Under the pieces are notes generated by a model. The model did not search any database, was not told the origin of the DNA, and worked only from the letters and a program-made list of their open reading frames with translations. Position numbers and translations under genes: made by a program. A DNA stretch of 63,436 nt, counting the filler, from Choristocarpus tenellus KU-1152 (taxonomy: Eukaryota; Protista; Phaeophyceae), in the NCBI GenBank assembly GCA_964200185.2. It is 13 parts of 13 records of this genome, joined end to end, with 100 filler letters (N's around TTAATTAATTAA, not from the genome) between each part and the next. Parts side by side here need not be neighbours in the genome. Positions count along the whole stretch, not along the records: positions 26,072 to 29,011 come from CAXNAD020023504.1; positions 29,112 to 31,839 come from CAXNAD020025261.1; positions 31,940 to 42,758 come from CAXNAD020002693.1; 10 more parts are not named here. The stretch is one strand, 5' to 3'. Of the stretch, positions 26,072 to 38,800 are shown in pieces; the first letter of the stretch is position 1, and the number at the start of each line of letters is the position of its first letter.

Positions 26072-28800
26072 CTTCGGTTATCGCTGCTTGTATCACTCCT
26101 TGATTGTCTCCATACCAAACCGTGACCCCTTTGAGTATGCCCAGCTCCCCCAGGATGCCTCTGAGGAATATTGCATGCCTCATTCCATGCACCATCGCTG
26201 TCCATTCCGCCTCTGATGAGGATGTGGTTGCAGCTCCCTGCATCTTGGATTTCCATGCAACAGGTGCTCCATTGATGAGTTTAGATACCCGGTCACGCTC
26301 CGCCTTGATGCAGTGTCATTGCCCCAGTCTGAGTCTCCATACTCAACCAGGTCCCCATTGTCCATTTCACCACCAGCAGGATAGTGTATCCCTGCTTTTG
26401 TGGTGCCCGATAGGTATCGTAGAATATGTTGCAGCCCTTTCCAGTGTCGATCAAATGGAGATGCCGCATATCTTCCCAGCTCCCGCACACTGTTGGATAT
26501 GTCAGGTCGTGTCATCCCGGCTAGGAACATAATTTCCCCAGGACGGTGTGGTAGGGTTTGTGCCTCTGGTCCAGCTCCTCCTCGTCAGTTCTTCTTGCTT
26601 TCAAGTCCATTCCTGGGTTTAGAGGTGATGAGGTATTCCTTACTTCTGCAGATCACGTTCCTTCTCGAACAATGCTCTCTTCATAGAAATGTTGGTCTAG
26701 TGTGATGCCAGCCTCATCCCTGGTGATCGCCACCCCAACTAACTTGTCTGGGGTCCCGAGGTCCCGTCCTTCGTACCTGGTAAGCAGATTGTTCTTCATC
26801 CTTGTTATTTCTTCGTGGTAGTTTCCAGTCAATGTGATGTCATCCACGTAGAGAAAAAGAACAGCAACCGTTCCATCTTCACTCCTTTTGACATACAAGC
26901 AGGCATCAAAGTCGCTAACACTCCATCCCTCAGCTAAAATTGTTCCCTTTAGCTCCTTGTACCACTCCATTGCTGGTTGCTTAAGGCCATAGATGGCCCT
27001 GGCCGCTTTTACGATGGATCAATTGGTCAATTGTAGCCATACATCTTCAGGAAGTGGTGCGTTCAGGTAGGCTTGAGTGAAGTCTAGGGAGTTGATGATC
27101 CAGTTTCTGTTAGCTGCTGTAGCCAGGACTGCTCGAATCACGTCAAATCCCACCACTGGACTAAACGTGCTGAAGTAGTCCACCCCTTCTTGTTGGGAAA
27201 AGCCCCGTGCCACCAGCCTGGCCTTGTATCTTTCGATATCTCCATGTGCAGTCCTTTTTATTTTGAATATAAATCTGGTTTTGACGGGTCTCCTCCCTGG
27301 TGGCAGACTCTCTCCCTCATGGAAGGTTCCTTTGGTTCGTTGGCCCTCCATTTCTTGTTCCATTGCCTTCTTCCAGTGTTCTGCATCAGGCTCTGCAAGG
27401 GCTTCTGCGATGGTTGATTGCTCCTGGTGGCCTATTGAGATGTCACCTGCCATGCCCATTAAACAGTACGCATCATCCGTGCTTGATCTGAGCAGATTCA
27501 CTATATTCTCTCCCAGTTCTTCTGTATTTCCAGATTGTAAGCCCCTGTAGTCCACCCTGGGTTGTTCAGCTATCCTAGCTGACCTCCGTTGTCCACTAGG
27601 TGAACTTGAGTTCTTTCCAACGCCTGTTGCATGGGGTATCGGATCGACCGCAATATCGAAATACCGATCATAGTCGTCTTCAGTCTCAGAATCATCCGTC
27701 GAAGTCATGGTCTCTCTCTCCCCCACGAAGTCCACGATATGTTTGTCTGGCTCGAACGTCACATGGGCTGAGGTTACCAACTTGGCCTCTTGAGGAAGCC
27801 AGATGTGCCAGCATAATGATGTGCGATCGTATCCCATTATTTTACCTCTCTTGGCGTATGGGTGGAACTTGGCGCTGGCCCCTCTCTACTGCTTGTCCTG
27901 ATGAACATAGCATTCGCTCCCCCAGGCCCGAAGTCTATCGTAGTTGAATGATTTTCTTGTTAGACGCTCGCATGGCGTCTCTCCTCCGAGGTATTCATGT
28001 GGCATGCCTCCAGTCTTGAAGGTGACGTCCGTGATGGCAAAGAACCAATACTCGTCGCCCAGCCCAGCCTTTACCAGTTGACTCCTTGCTGCCCCCATGA
28101 GTTGCTTTATCGCCCTTTCGGCGATTCCATTGCTCTGTGGTGTTCTCGGAGGAGATTTCCTCCATCGGATACCGTTGTTCGCCAGCATCCTTTGGAAATT
28201 CACCGATCTCCCAAGCTCGCCAGCACCATCCCCACTGATGCATTTGACTGGTATACCTTCCCTGGCCATCTGGTCGATATAAGCAGCGGTTGCATCCGTC
28301 ACTGCGTAATTTGTTTTTAATCCATAAACCCTCTTGTCTCTGCTGCTCTCATCGACGAACACCTGAAAATATTGATGGTCAGTGATGTCTGCTTTAAAAG
28401 GTCCCGCCAAATCTGTGTGGACAACCTCGCCGGGCTGCTTGGGAGTCCTGCCACCCCGTTGATAGCTTAGGGCCTCGGACTTGCATTCCTTGCAGGTCTC
28501 GCATTGCAGTTCTGACACCACAGTAGCATCGGTGATCTCCAACAGTCCACGCTTCTCGAGGTGCATGATAGCTGAAGGGTTGATGCGACCTAATATGTTA
28601 CGCCAGTCCTTTAATGTCAGCCTCTGCTTTTGGTTGGATCATGCAGCGCTGGCTCTCGATTCTTGTTCCATGTTGATTATGGTTCCAGTTAAATTTAGGA
28701 ACCCCCCCCGATTGTTGTAGGTTTATCTTGGGCGAATTCTTGGAGGCCCTCAGATAACTTTCCTTAGTTCCTGAATCCATAAATTCTCCTCCATTCCGTC
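26072..28800 (-). mobile_element. Ty1/copia pol region (GAG-pre-integrase, integrase, RT, RNase H), fairly well preserved but disrupted
   Basis: CETCKECKS, VHTDLAGP, ISGDGAGE, TPQSNGIAERA (integrase). YKARLVARGFSQQEGVDY, LDFTQAYLN, LYVDDI, TRPDI (RT). DSDWG, SSSEAEW, YGDNQG (RNase H). Split into several ORFs by stops and frameshifts. Confidence 0.96.
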
Positions 28801-28803
28801 GTA

Positions 28804-29011
28804 CAGTACCTACCCCGATTTTATGCCAAATATTATGTACCAAACCCCATTTGTACCGCTTTTTTCGACATGCTAAAAAAATAGGCTTTTGTACCGGAAT
28901 TCTCGTATCCGGGCGATTTGGCACAAAACCGGGGAGATACTCACGCGAGTTTGGCGCGCGCGTAAAAATTTATCGCGAAAAGTGCCTTTCTTCCTGAGTC
29001 ATGACCACACA
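28804..29011. mobile_element. Probable terminus of a pogo/Tigger-like DNA transposon truncating the copia
   Basis: Starts TA|CAGTACC. Internal inverted pair CCCCGATTTTATGCCAAAT (28813-28831) / ATTTGGCACAAAACCGGGG (28916-28934). Confidence 0.4.
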
Positions 29012-29111
29012 NNNNNNNNNNNNNNNNNNNNNNNNNNNNNNNNNNNNNNNNNNNNTTAATTAATTAANNNNNNNNNNNNNNNNNNNNNNNNNNNNNNNNN
29101 NNNNNNNNNNN

Positions 29112-29168
29112 TTTTGGGGCAAATGGACACCCTGTTGTAGGCCCCCCCCCCCCCAGATATTTTGGTCC
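29112..29168. mobile_element. Sola2-like MITE family 2 (G/C-tract type), terminal fragment at contig start
   Basis: CAAATGGACACCCTG..Cn AGATATTTTGGTCC matches the ends at 46906-46951 and 46214-46265. Confidence 0.7.
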
Positions 29169-30371
29169 AGCACCTAGAAAATCGTGGTTGACCCATAGTT
29201 CCTACGCATAATCACTGATTTCGTGTTGCGAGTGGTGTTGATAATTTTGGGCATCTCAACAGGGTGAAGGAGGATATACAAAATGATTGAAGGGGAAGGA
29301 GGGTCTCAACAATATCTTCCCTTCACGTTCAATTGATTTTCGTGACTTTTAAAAGCAACATTTTTTTAATTATATGCAGCACACACATTTGCTTCACCTT
29401 TGTCCAGGACTATCCTGACCTGTGGTCAAGAGCACTACTACACACTGCACTCTGCCAGTCAATGACTACCGCAAATGATTCTTGCACTGCAGCTAGTTGT
29501 ACTGCCCTCCGTTCGAGCCTCGCTTTTGGCAGATTGGGTTCGGCCATCTCATCGCTTACCGATTCGCCTCCTTCAAATCTTGTATTGGATCCGCCTTGGT
29601 GTCACTCAAGTGTCAATTGGCAGTGAAGCCCTGTCACCTTGTTCTTAGTCCGGCATTTTCGTGGTGTAGCAACAGATAGGATAGTGTAGCAGTCCTTGCC
29701 GTGTGGACTTTGGATAGTCAAAACCATAATTCGACGATTAGAAGTGTAGCATCGATGGCATTCAAGCAGGGAACAGCCTTTGAATTAGGCACTGAGCGAC
29801 AAAGACGCTCATGCTAGGAGAAAGGCAATAGGGGCTTGTTCGATCTATACTGTACTTTAAGTGAGTGGAGAAGTGGCACAGACATAATCTGCTACACCTC
29901 TAGGCACCCTAGATGGTGGGGTTGTGCTCTCGTGACTGAAGAGTGCGAGCACACTGATTCACCACCTGCTCAAGGTTTATTTGCGTGCACTTGTGGACCA
30001 AAAGGAAATGTCGACCATTGATGGGCCAACTTGTATCTTCACCCACTCCTTATTTTAATCTCATGTCGCATGCTACGGATGTAGTATCAGCTGACCAGGA
30101 GTCCCTATCTCCACGAAGAGTCGTTTGTGTGTGTAGAATTTTCACATGCTCTTACCTGCGCTGTGTGGTGTATAAATACTTGTTAAATCGTCGTATTAAT
30201 AGTATTATGGCTCCTGTCTGTAGTTCAGTAGATTTTGCACAGTAACTTAAGATGGATGTGCCAGTAGAAGCAAGACGAGGAGGTGATGTGTGTGGTGTGT
30301 CTGTTCATCAGCGAAGGATGCCAGATAGAATCGGACAATGGGATTTTATTAGCGGGAACAAAAGATGGTGT

Positions 30372-30455
30372 CCCCCTCGACTGGAGTAGAATCGGGAGTC
30401 GAACCGGGGTCTACTGAGTGAGAGTCAGATATCTCGACTGTTGGATTACGAGAGG
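30372..30455 (-). tRNA. tRNA-Glu(CTC)-derived sequence, probably a pseudogene or SINE head
   Basis: Acceptor stem CCTCTCG/CGAGGGG, anticodon arm CTGA-CT[CTC]AC-TCAG, B-box GGTTCGACTCC, TTTT shortly downstream. D-loop GG is mutated and 12 nt of the T-arm are duplicated. Confidence 0.6.
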
Positions 30456-31939
30456 CTGGAAAAAATGATCAAACGAGGAATGAATAGAACCATTCAAACA
30501 ATACACATCCATGTCACCTTGTGTTAGCAATGATCGCCCATCGCCACCTGTATCGCTAACCTGCACATTTGAACTCCGCGAACTCTACATGAACGCAGAA
30601 CAAGTCTACCCACACAGGGTTGTCGAATACATAGCGCTCCTTGTTGAGTTATGCTGTTGAAATATCCCACACTGGACCCGCGGCTTTGGTGCTTTGATGA
30701 AAGACAATGAATAGCTTGATGTAGATATGCATAGTTAATATTAGGGGCTTGTGGTCTCAATTCCTCTGAGTACGTGGGTGAGACTAGCCTAGCTAGACTA
30801 CGATTATTATTTCTGTATCGTCCACACTAATCTACTATGAATCACTTATTTCCTTGTCTTAAGTATGGAAAGGTGTATCTTGAACTATGAGTCAGTACAT
30901 ATAATATATCTATCACTGGCTCTCCATCCTATTACATAATCCACCGGTGGTGTCTATGTGTATCAGCAGTACTATCTACGAACACATGTCCATGCAACAA
31001 TATCACAAATCCTGCTCTTGTTCCTAACAGTATTATGGAGGTTGACAGCCAGCATTCTATGTACTAATGATTGAATCGACATCACTTACCCTCCTCCAGC
31101 TTTCCTCAGAACTATAACGAATGTCCTTTGATCGGACAATCAAAGCCGCTCATAGGGCCATTACTGGGTGATATCTCCAACCCAAAGTAGCAGATACTTC
31201 AAAGTATGGTTCAGTTGTACATCACCTCCACACTGGCTGCCACACAGTAATCGTAGGGAGTGATCGGGACACCGTATGGGGTTCAAGAATAGTGCCAAAT
31301 CACACCCACTGTCCTACCACGAAGCTGAAGTGGTTGTTTTGTATTGCTCCTTGTTTTACACCCCATTTGAGTGCCAAGGTCGGAGCCCCATCCGAGAAAA
31401 CTTTCAGTAAGCTACCCTACATGCTACCTCCTGGGTTTGCTTCTCTTGTGTTGGTGAGGAATGTGCAAATGTTCAAAGAGGGCGGACACACAATGTTGAT
31501 CACAGTAGTAAGAGTGTAAGGTCAGTGGTTTGCTCCCGAAATGCTGCTGCCGCATATCCATCTTGTGAAACAACTCTTCTCAAGTCAAATGCCTAATTCT
31601 GACCCTACCATGCACACTGGGCAGTTGTGTAGATATCTTCCTGCAGAGTTGGTTGTGGTAAGAGGTGTGTATGCATTATGTAACATGTGGTGAATGTCCT
31701 AGCCTATGGATGTACATGAGTCTCAACCTCTCTCTTACTTCCAGGACACAGCATCAGGCACATATGGCCAGTATTGTTCATAGCGAGCACTATGAATATA
31801 CAAAGCTGTATGTTCGATTAGACTCTTCCAACTCTATCGNNNNNNNNNNNNNNNNNNNNNNNNNNNNNNNNNNNNNNNNNNNNTTAATTAATTAANNNNN
31901 NNNNNNNNNNNNNNNNNNNNNNNNNNNNNNNNNNNNNNN

Positions 31940-31984
31940 GTGAAAAACGGACGCCGACACCCCCCCCCCAGATACTTTGCACCC
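31940..31984. mobile_element. Sola2-like MITE family 2, terminal fragment at contig start
   Basis: GGACGCCGACA Cn AGATACTTTGCACCC. Confidence 0.65.
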
Positions 31985-32126
31985 TGCATGCCCTCACAAG
32001 AATTTGTAGGAATGAAGGTAGGTAGAGATGGCTTGAGTCCTGCTCCATCAAAAATGATAGCAGTAGCAAAACTTGATCCCCCATCTACAGTTGAGCAGTT
32101 AAGAATTTTCCGAGGCATGACAGGAT
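31985..32126 (+). mobile_element. Ty3/gypsy RT thumb fragment between two MITE ends
   Basis: EFVGMKVGRDGLSPAPSKMIAVAKLDPPSTVEQLRIFRGMTGY matches FLG..V...G..P.P.K..A......P.T...LR.FLG..GY. Confidence 0.75.
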
Positions 32127-32213
32127 ACACGACAGCCAAAAATTCATCAAAATCGCAACATTGGATTTGGCCCCCAAATGGACACGGCGCTACCCTCTAA
32201 GGTACTTTGGCTC
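32127..32213 (+). mobile_element. Sola2-like MITE family 1, right-end fragment
   Basis: ..CCCCAAATGGACACGGCGCTACCCTCTAAGGTACTTTGGCTC. Confidence 0.8.
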
Positions 32214-32651
32214 TTTTTCATGAAAATTAGTTTGTTATAATCGTATAATCATGCTCAAACTTACTTGATGGGTCTCGGTTGCCCAACTTACAGTAATCGT
32301 GAGAAATACAGGATCATACTTGAATCAAGTAGTCCGTGTGCGAACCGCACATTTAAGGATGATTTTGATGCCAGAAGAGGCCATCTTCACCCGGAGAACA
32401 TGGGCGTTGTAGTCTCTCCATTCTCTTTCCATTATTTCCCGTTTATGCGATGTTGTTACCTGCTGACTAAGGCTCACTCAAGGGGGCCCGGGCCTCTGAA
32501 CCAGATAATCTATGTTAAGCCAAATGAGATATTCTGGATGTGCAGGCCTCCGGTCAGACTTAAATGTCTTGTACACCCTGTCCAATTTGGTGCTCTCCAT
32601 GCCTTTCTCGTTGGAGTATATCAGGTGGTAAGCAATGCTCGACCTGAAGAA

Positions 32652-33744
32652 CCTCTCCCCAATTACTCTGGACAGCCCCCCTTCCTCCTAAGGACTGAGA
32701 GGAACGTTGACTCTCATTCCAGGCAACGTGTAGTCACAGTGGCCTCGTACATAGTGCTTCGCCCCCCCCCCAGACCATCTCTGTCGGGCTCAATTCACGG
32801 AATCGAGTGAGGGGCAGTCACAACTCGGAGCCCATTGTGCGTCACAGTGTCCTGTGAGAGACTTAAACAGTATCAAGCCGAGATTAGCCCACGTACCGTT
32901 TCGGCGGTGACCAAGCTTGGTTTTTTTGAAACTGTTGCCCCACGAGGTAATCAACGATGAGCATATCAAATGAACGCTCTGGATCTAGACTATCGACTGA
33001 TACAAAGGACTTCTTTCGAAAATTGTTTTGGTAATGTTAAATTTGAATCGAATGGTTTCGCACAACCTTTGAAAATGTTCCGGAATAAGGAGTCAAAGTA
33101 TATTAGAGGGTAGAGCCGCGTCCAATTGAGGTCCAAAATCCAATATTGCAATTTTGATGTAATTTTGGCTATTGCGTTTTTTAGGAGATGTCAATATCCT
33201 TGTTCCAGACACACCTTTCTATAACGTACACATTTTACCTACTCTGAAACATTTTGGAGTACATAAAATGTTATTAAAAACCCGTGGGGAGCCAAGCCCC
33301 AAATGGACAAACAGGGAAAAACTCGTACCCTCTAATATACTTTAACTCTAAAGTATCACGACCTTTTTTTCCGAAAGAAGTCCTTTGTATCAGTCAATAG
33401 TCTAGATCCAGAGCGTTCATTTGATATGCTCATCTTTGATTACCTCGTGGGGCAACAGTTTAAAAAATATCAAGATTAGTCACCGCCGAAACGGTACGTG
33501 GGCTAATCTCGGCTTGATACTGTTTAAGTCACTCACAGGACACGATTCTGGTTGAGCGTCTTGGAGGACACTGCTTGATGCTTCCAAAGTACTACTGTGA
33601 ATTGAGCCCGACAGAGATGGTCTGGGGGGGGGGGCGAAGCACTATGTACGAGGCCACTGTGTCCACACGTTGCCCGGAATGAGAGCCAACGTTCCTCTCA
33701 GTCTTTAGGAGGAAGGGGGGCTGTCCAGAGTAATTGTGGAGAGG
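32652..33744. mobile_element. Foldback element with ~370-bp bipartite terminal inverted repeats
   Basis: 32652-~33022 is the reverse complement of ~33366-33744 apart from a ~50-bp unmatched block. CCTCTC..GAGAGG termini, AGAA/AGAA flanks. Confidence 0.9.
33090..33348 (-). mobile_element. Sola2-like MITE family 1, copy d, in the foldback loop
   Basis: GAGTCAAAGTATATTAGAGGGTA..TACCCTCTAATATACTTTAACTC, flanks TAAG/TAAA. Confidence 0.88.
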
Positions 33745-34672
33745 AGAAGAAGGAAGATGACATATTAAAATAACGGTGATACCTACAGCTACGATGCCGT
33801 TACGTATTGCACTAGATGTAAGTTAGGTGGTTGCAATTTCAATGATATTCTGGAAAGCATCAAACTTTCTTATTGCAGGGCAGTACAATGAATGCTACTT
33901 ATTTGTTAATTGAATATAGCATTGGGGCCTTACCGGTTAGGACTTCAGAATAAAGTGCTCCCCATTTGTTGCTCTCCAGCTGTGCAAAACACTGTTTCAA
34001 TTGCTTCTAATGACACCATAGTGGGGGCTTTCCTGCTCAAAAAGAACCGATGTGCTACAGACCTACAGTACTTAGCACACTCAATTTATGCTTGTTTACC
34101 CATTTTCAATCCATGTGGTGACGGCTCTCAAACACAAATCTACACTTTGGCAGGTGCTCGAGGTAAGAGTGGAGCAGTAACTTTTTCTTTAGCATGCGTG
34201 TATGTGCATGTAGGAAGTGACATTATTTGCTCAGTGGTCCGTGTCCTGATGGAATGGGTGAACTTGCAACCGAGACCCATCAAGTAAGGTTGAGCATGAT
34301 TATACGACTACAACAAACGAATTTTCATGAAAAATTGTTGTTGATCAAAAGTTATGGCACGACAAAATATCCAATAGTGATCTTCTAGAATCTATTGTTT
34401 TATGATACGGTCTTTTTTTGCTGCCTTCTCCCCTATGTTTTTATTTTTCCCATATAGCAATGAGCGCCCATAACAATACTAATATGATATCGCAACGACT
34501 AATGTACGCTTATTATCGGAGAGTTGTTCTTCATTACGGGTCATTGGTTTCCGAAGTGAGAGTGTGTAGAAGATAAGGTTCCCACATTTCAAAAAGTGGT
34601 GGGTACTTGAACAAATCGCAACCATTGTTCGCTACTGGTAGGCACCAGTTCTTCAAGCGTATCTTGTGCACA

Positions 34673-35889
34673 ATGATCGAGCCGGAGTTAGCAAAGGTTA
34701 CATCTAATGCAGGCTTTGATTTGACCCCTCTTACAACAACTCAGGCGACTGCCATGGCCAAGGTGAGAGTAGGAGATTGTCAAGTCGACCTATCTCCTGA
34801 GATGACCAAACCTATATCGTCACTTGAAGCTCGATGACATATACTCGATGCATGTGCCTCAACCTGGACAAATTTCTGGGGATCAGCGAGTAGTGGGGTG
34901 GAGTTCTATGCGAAGTCTGATCTGAGACTTCATTGTGTGTGATGCAGACAAAAAAGCTTAACATGGTACAAAGGCATGTTATTTTCGGCGCTGGGACTGA
35001 GCCGCCTTTCACCGGTCGCACGACTAATGACTACAAACAATCGAACAAGCGACGAGGGACGTATTCTTGCGCTTTGTGTGGGCTTCCCTCCTATTCATCG
35101 CGACATAAGTTCAACAGTGGGACGGGCTGGCCGAGCTTTTACCAGGTAATGCGAACGACCAAGGGTTTCTGTATGCGCGCGAGCTTTCATGATTTCATAT
35201 TCTATTGCTAGCAAATTCTGTTGTCTCAACTAAAACTCTCGAACCTCCCAATACTGTGAACGACTGACTGGTTACAGCCATTCGACCCCGATCATGTGTG
35301 GGAGAAGACGGACACGTCGCATGGAGTTGTGAGGAAGGAAGTGCTTTGTAGTCGCTGCCATGCCCACCAGGGTCATGTCTTTACAGATGGTCCAAGGCCA
35401 ACGAACCTGAGGTGTGCGCCCATCCACATCATATTTGACCACCTGTAGACCGTTGTTGATATACGCCTCACAAACGGCTGTTTTGCCCGTTAGTACCCTC
35501 CCATCACTGTGTATGAATCCAAGTCATTATAACTCTAGACTTCAGAATCCACCGAAGAACGTTTTAAGGGTTGACTGGGAAAAATGTGAGTGTGTGTTTG
35601 CATTTGATGCATTTTGAACCCCTTGCTTTGGTGGATGGCAAATCCCTTCTTGGTTCTGGCCGTTTGTTGATGGATGCATAACCCATTCCATTGCAGGTAC
35701 TGCATCAATGCAGCTGCCCTAACCTTTGCACCGTCCACTAGTTCGGATGAGGAAACTGAAGCACGGGGTGCAGAAGCCTTCTGGTCCTTCTGGTCTAGGC
35801 TCTTGCATGTGAAGAAATCTCAGCCTAGTTCATCCAAAAACGTGAAGGAACAGGATGAGGTGCCAGCTACAGTGAATGAGAAGACATAG
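34673..35889 (+). CDS. msrB: Peptide methionine-R-sulfoxide reductase MsrB, 4 exons
   Basis: Exons 34673-34762, 34948-35145, 35278-35411 and 35697-35889 are GT-AG and phase-consistent. Motifs [51 protein letters not shown]. The start codon is inferred. Confidence 0.95.
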
Positions 35890-38800
35890 CATGCAACTTG
35901 TATTTCTACAACAATCTCATTTTTCTGTACCCAATATAAATTCGGTTGCTATAGTGTTGTTAGTAATGTGATAAGGGATGCAGGAACAAGTTACAACAGG
36001 TTGAGTGAAGTGACCTTGATGCTGGAATCTGCAAGTAATGATGTATTTGGTTGTTCTTATAGGTCTGCATTGCCTCACTCATCCACATGTTTCCTTTTTT
36101 AGCTTCAGATTCTTCATCTGGGGTAGAGAGTATAAATATAACTGTACAACAATAAATTACTATTTTGGGGAAAAGTCAAGTGTGAAGTTACAATTTTTGC
36201 ATCCATGCTTTCCGAATGGTTAAGTGAGAGTTTAATCGGGGATTGGTCCATCTTTGCTGTGCATGTCTAGATTGGCATTTCCTAGTGGATTTTTGCATGG
36301 ACTCTGCATTGGATGTCCTTGGTATTATTGGGACAGACTGCATGCAGCCAGTCAAATGTGTTTCATGCATGTACTTTCCCCTTTAAGATTGTTTGAAGAG
36401 AACAGTGTAGAGGTTGGCCACTCTTGAATAATTTTATTTCGAGTGGTTTGTGTGTTCATATATGTTGCTACAGTTGTTGGTGTTGCCTCCAACCACAGGT
36501 CCATGAAGATAAGACTTTTATGTGTTTGTAATGGTGTATTAATGGTAATTGCAGGTACTTCTAGGCAGATAGATTCTTATGTAGCCAGGTTGCATTATTT
36601 GGTAATGTGGAAAAGTCAACTTGTCTGCAGGAGCAAAGCAATGGACCTCGAAGACAGTAGTTGGCGCTGTAAACTTGTAACTACCCTGTGCAAAGACTGC
36701 GACCACATGTCAAATGTTGTAGGAAGTTGCTCTACCTTGCCCTCCCAATTAATGAAGAGCCTTGTGTTGTGAGTGCTGCAGATGTTTTCAAAAGCAACAT
36801 ACCCTGGTGATAATGACAGCTTTGTTACCAATCTTGTGGCAATGCAATTTTAGCACTTATTTTGAATAAAGCCAAGAAGAACAGATTCAAAGTAAGTATC
36901 AGTGCACCAGGAGTTTACATTTCCTATGAAGTATTGAAAAAATTGAAATTTTTGGCATGAAATACTATTGTTGTGGGGGAACAGGTCTAATTTAATATGG
37001 AATATGTGCCTATATTACAAAGGGTGCAATGCTTGGATCTTCCTTGCACCTCACTTGTCTTGGCAAGTGGTGTTCTGTTGAGCTTTGCTATCAATTTTCA
37101 TTTACCAAGCAGAGCACAGGTGAGATGGGCATGTTTGCTGGAGAGAATGGCACTAGGTTGAGCATATTGCTGGCTCTTAGCTTGTAGTAGGTGCTGTAAT
37201 GTGCCCCTCTTGACTGAGGTAGTGAAGGAAACATAATTTCACCTGTGGAACACTATGACAAATAGGGAGGGTAACCGCCTGCCCTGGAGCACATATTTTA
37301 TTCCGTTTATGGTTTCCCTTCCTTGCAAGTCTTGGACCATTCCACCACACGGCGAATTTTCCCGGCAGGGTAGACGATATTTACCGATTTCGATCCTTGT
37401 TTTTGGTGGTCACCAGGAGGAAGAATCCAGAATGGGTCAGCACTGATCGAACCAGTGCATCAGATGAACGGGATAACCAAGGACCATTCATCCTGCTACC
37501 TACTATGTAATTATGCATGATCTGACTACAGATGTTAGACGTTTATTTGGCTGGAGCCAACAAGCTTCAACCAAGGAGAAACTTGATTAAACTTGTAAAA
37601 GTAGGAAGCATGGAGTGATTGCTTCAGGTGCATGGACAGAAAAAAATGAGTTGATGTTGAAGTGTAGCAATCATCTATCAGAGCACTGGAATACTCCAGT
37701 GCAGTCTGTGGGGCTTTAAAAATCCACCTCCATACTGCTTTGCTTGGTAGTGGTCCAACTCACAGATAGATGCAACATGATCATTGTGGTAGTTCAAAAT
37801 AGCATATCAATTTATATATATTGACTAGTGGTTCTGCACCATACAACAACTATGTAGTCTCACCACACCAGGGCCGCACTTGATGAGTACTGCATACTCC
37901 ACAGTTTTGACACTTACTGTACTTGCAAATATCAGGTCTTCAGAAGTGAGTTCCCAAGAAGAATGCAGTCTGAAAAGTTCCCCTCACTGATGCACTGCAC
38001 CAACTCCTAGGGTTACATATTGTAAACCATGACAATAGTACTGTGAAGTACTACATTAAGAATAGTATTGAGAGGATAAGGAATGTTTAGAGGTGAACAA
38101 AATCATTACAGAAGTGTTTGAAGTATTTTTGTAGGCACGCTGCCGACTACTCCTGAATCCGGAAATTTCCCAATTTCTGCAATCTTCAAGTCGTAAGTTA
38201 GCAAAGAAGTACTCAGCTATGCATCTACCCCAAACAGTTCAAACAATTCCACACATATGGTCATACTATACTAACAAAACAGAAAAACACTTAGTAATCC
38301 CAGAGTTATTAAAAAGGGAGGTTATTTTATTAGTCCATGAAGATAGCCTTGTATACCATGTTTCCTAACATTCCACCTCCTCTTTTGACAGCATGTCTCA
38401 GGACACATACTTCGTGGATAGGTATATACTTGGGGTGTTACACTGATATTCATTTCATGTTCTACAGTCTATCTTCTTTCTTGCCAATGTAAACAGTAAC
38501 CCCCCACTGCTTTAAAATGTCCTACCCCCCGCATCATATGATCGCTAATAAATGGTTTCAAGTGCGCACTTCAAAGGATATTGAAGTATAGTACTAATGG
38601 TTGCAGACTGCACCATCAATATACTCCAGAAGAGAAAGAATATTGTTTGACTCAACTTTGAGAGGAAACTTCTACATGAGCATTCCAAGATCTACAGTAC
38701 TTCTGGATTACATCACATACATAATACAGCATGTTTAGGGGTACCAAGTCTAATCGTACACACATGCCCTCTTATACTCCATATAGCTCGCAAAGGTTGA

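Larger units (their letters stand above)
32215..34333. mobile_element. Outer DNA transposon derivative bounded by 68-bp inverted repeats, possibly hAT
   Basis: 32215-32282 against 34266-34333 is 64/68 reverse-complementary. Minus-strand residue VAHRFFLSRKAPTMVSLEAIETVFCTAG resembles a hAT dimerisation motif. Confidence 0.65.

Noticed and set aside
29480-29830. Possible hAT dimerisation remnant (SKVHTAR)
   Set aside because: Too short and too degenerate to support.
35889-36200. SECIS element or selenoprotein MsrB
   Set aside because: The catalytic codon is TGC and there is no in-frame TGA, so no SECIS is needed.
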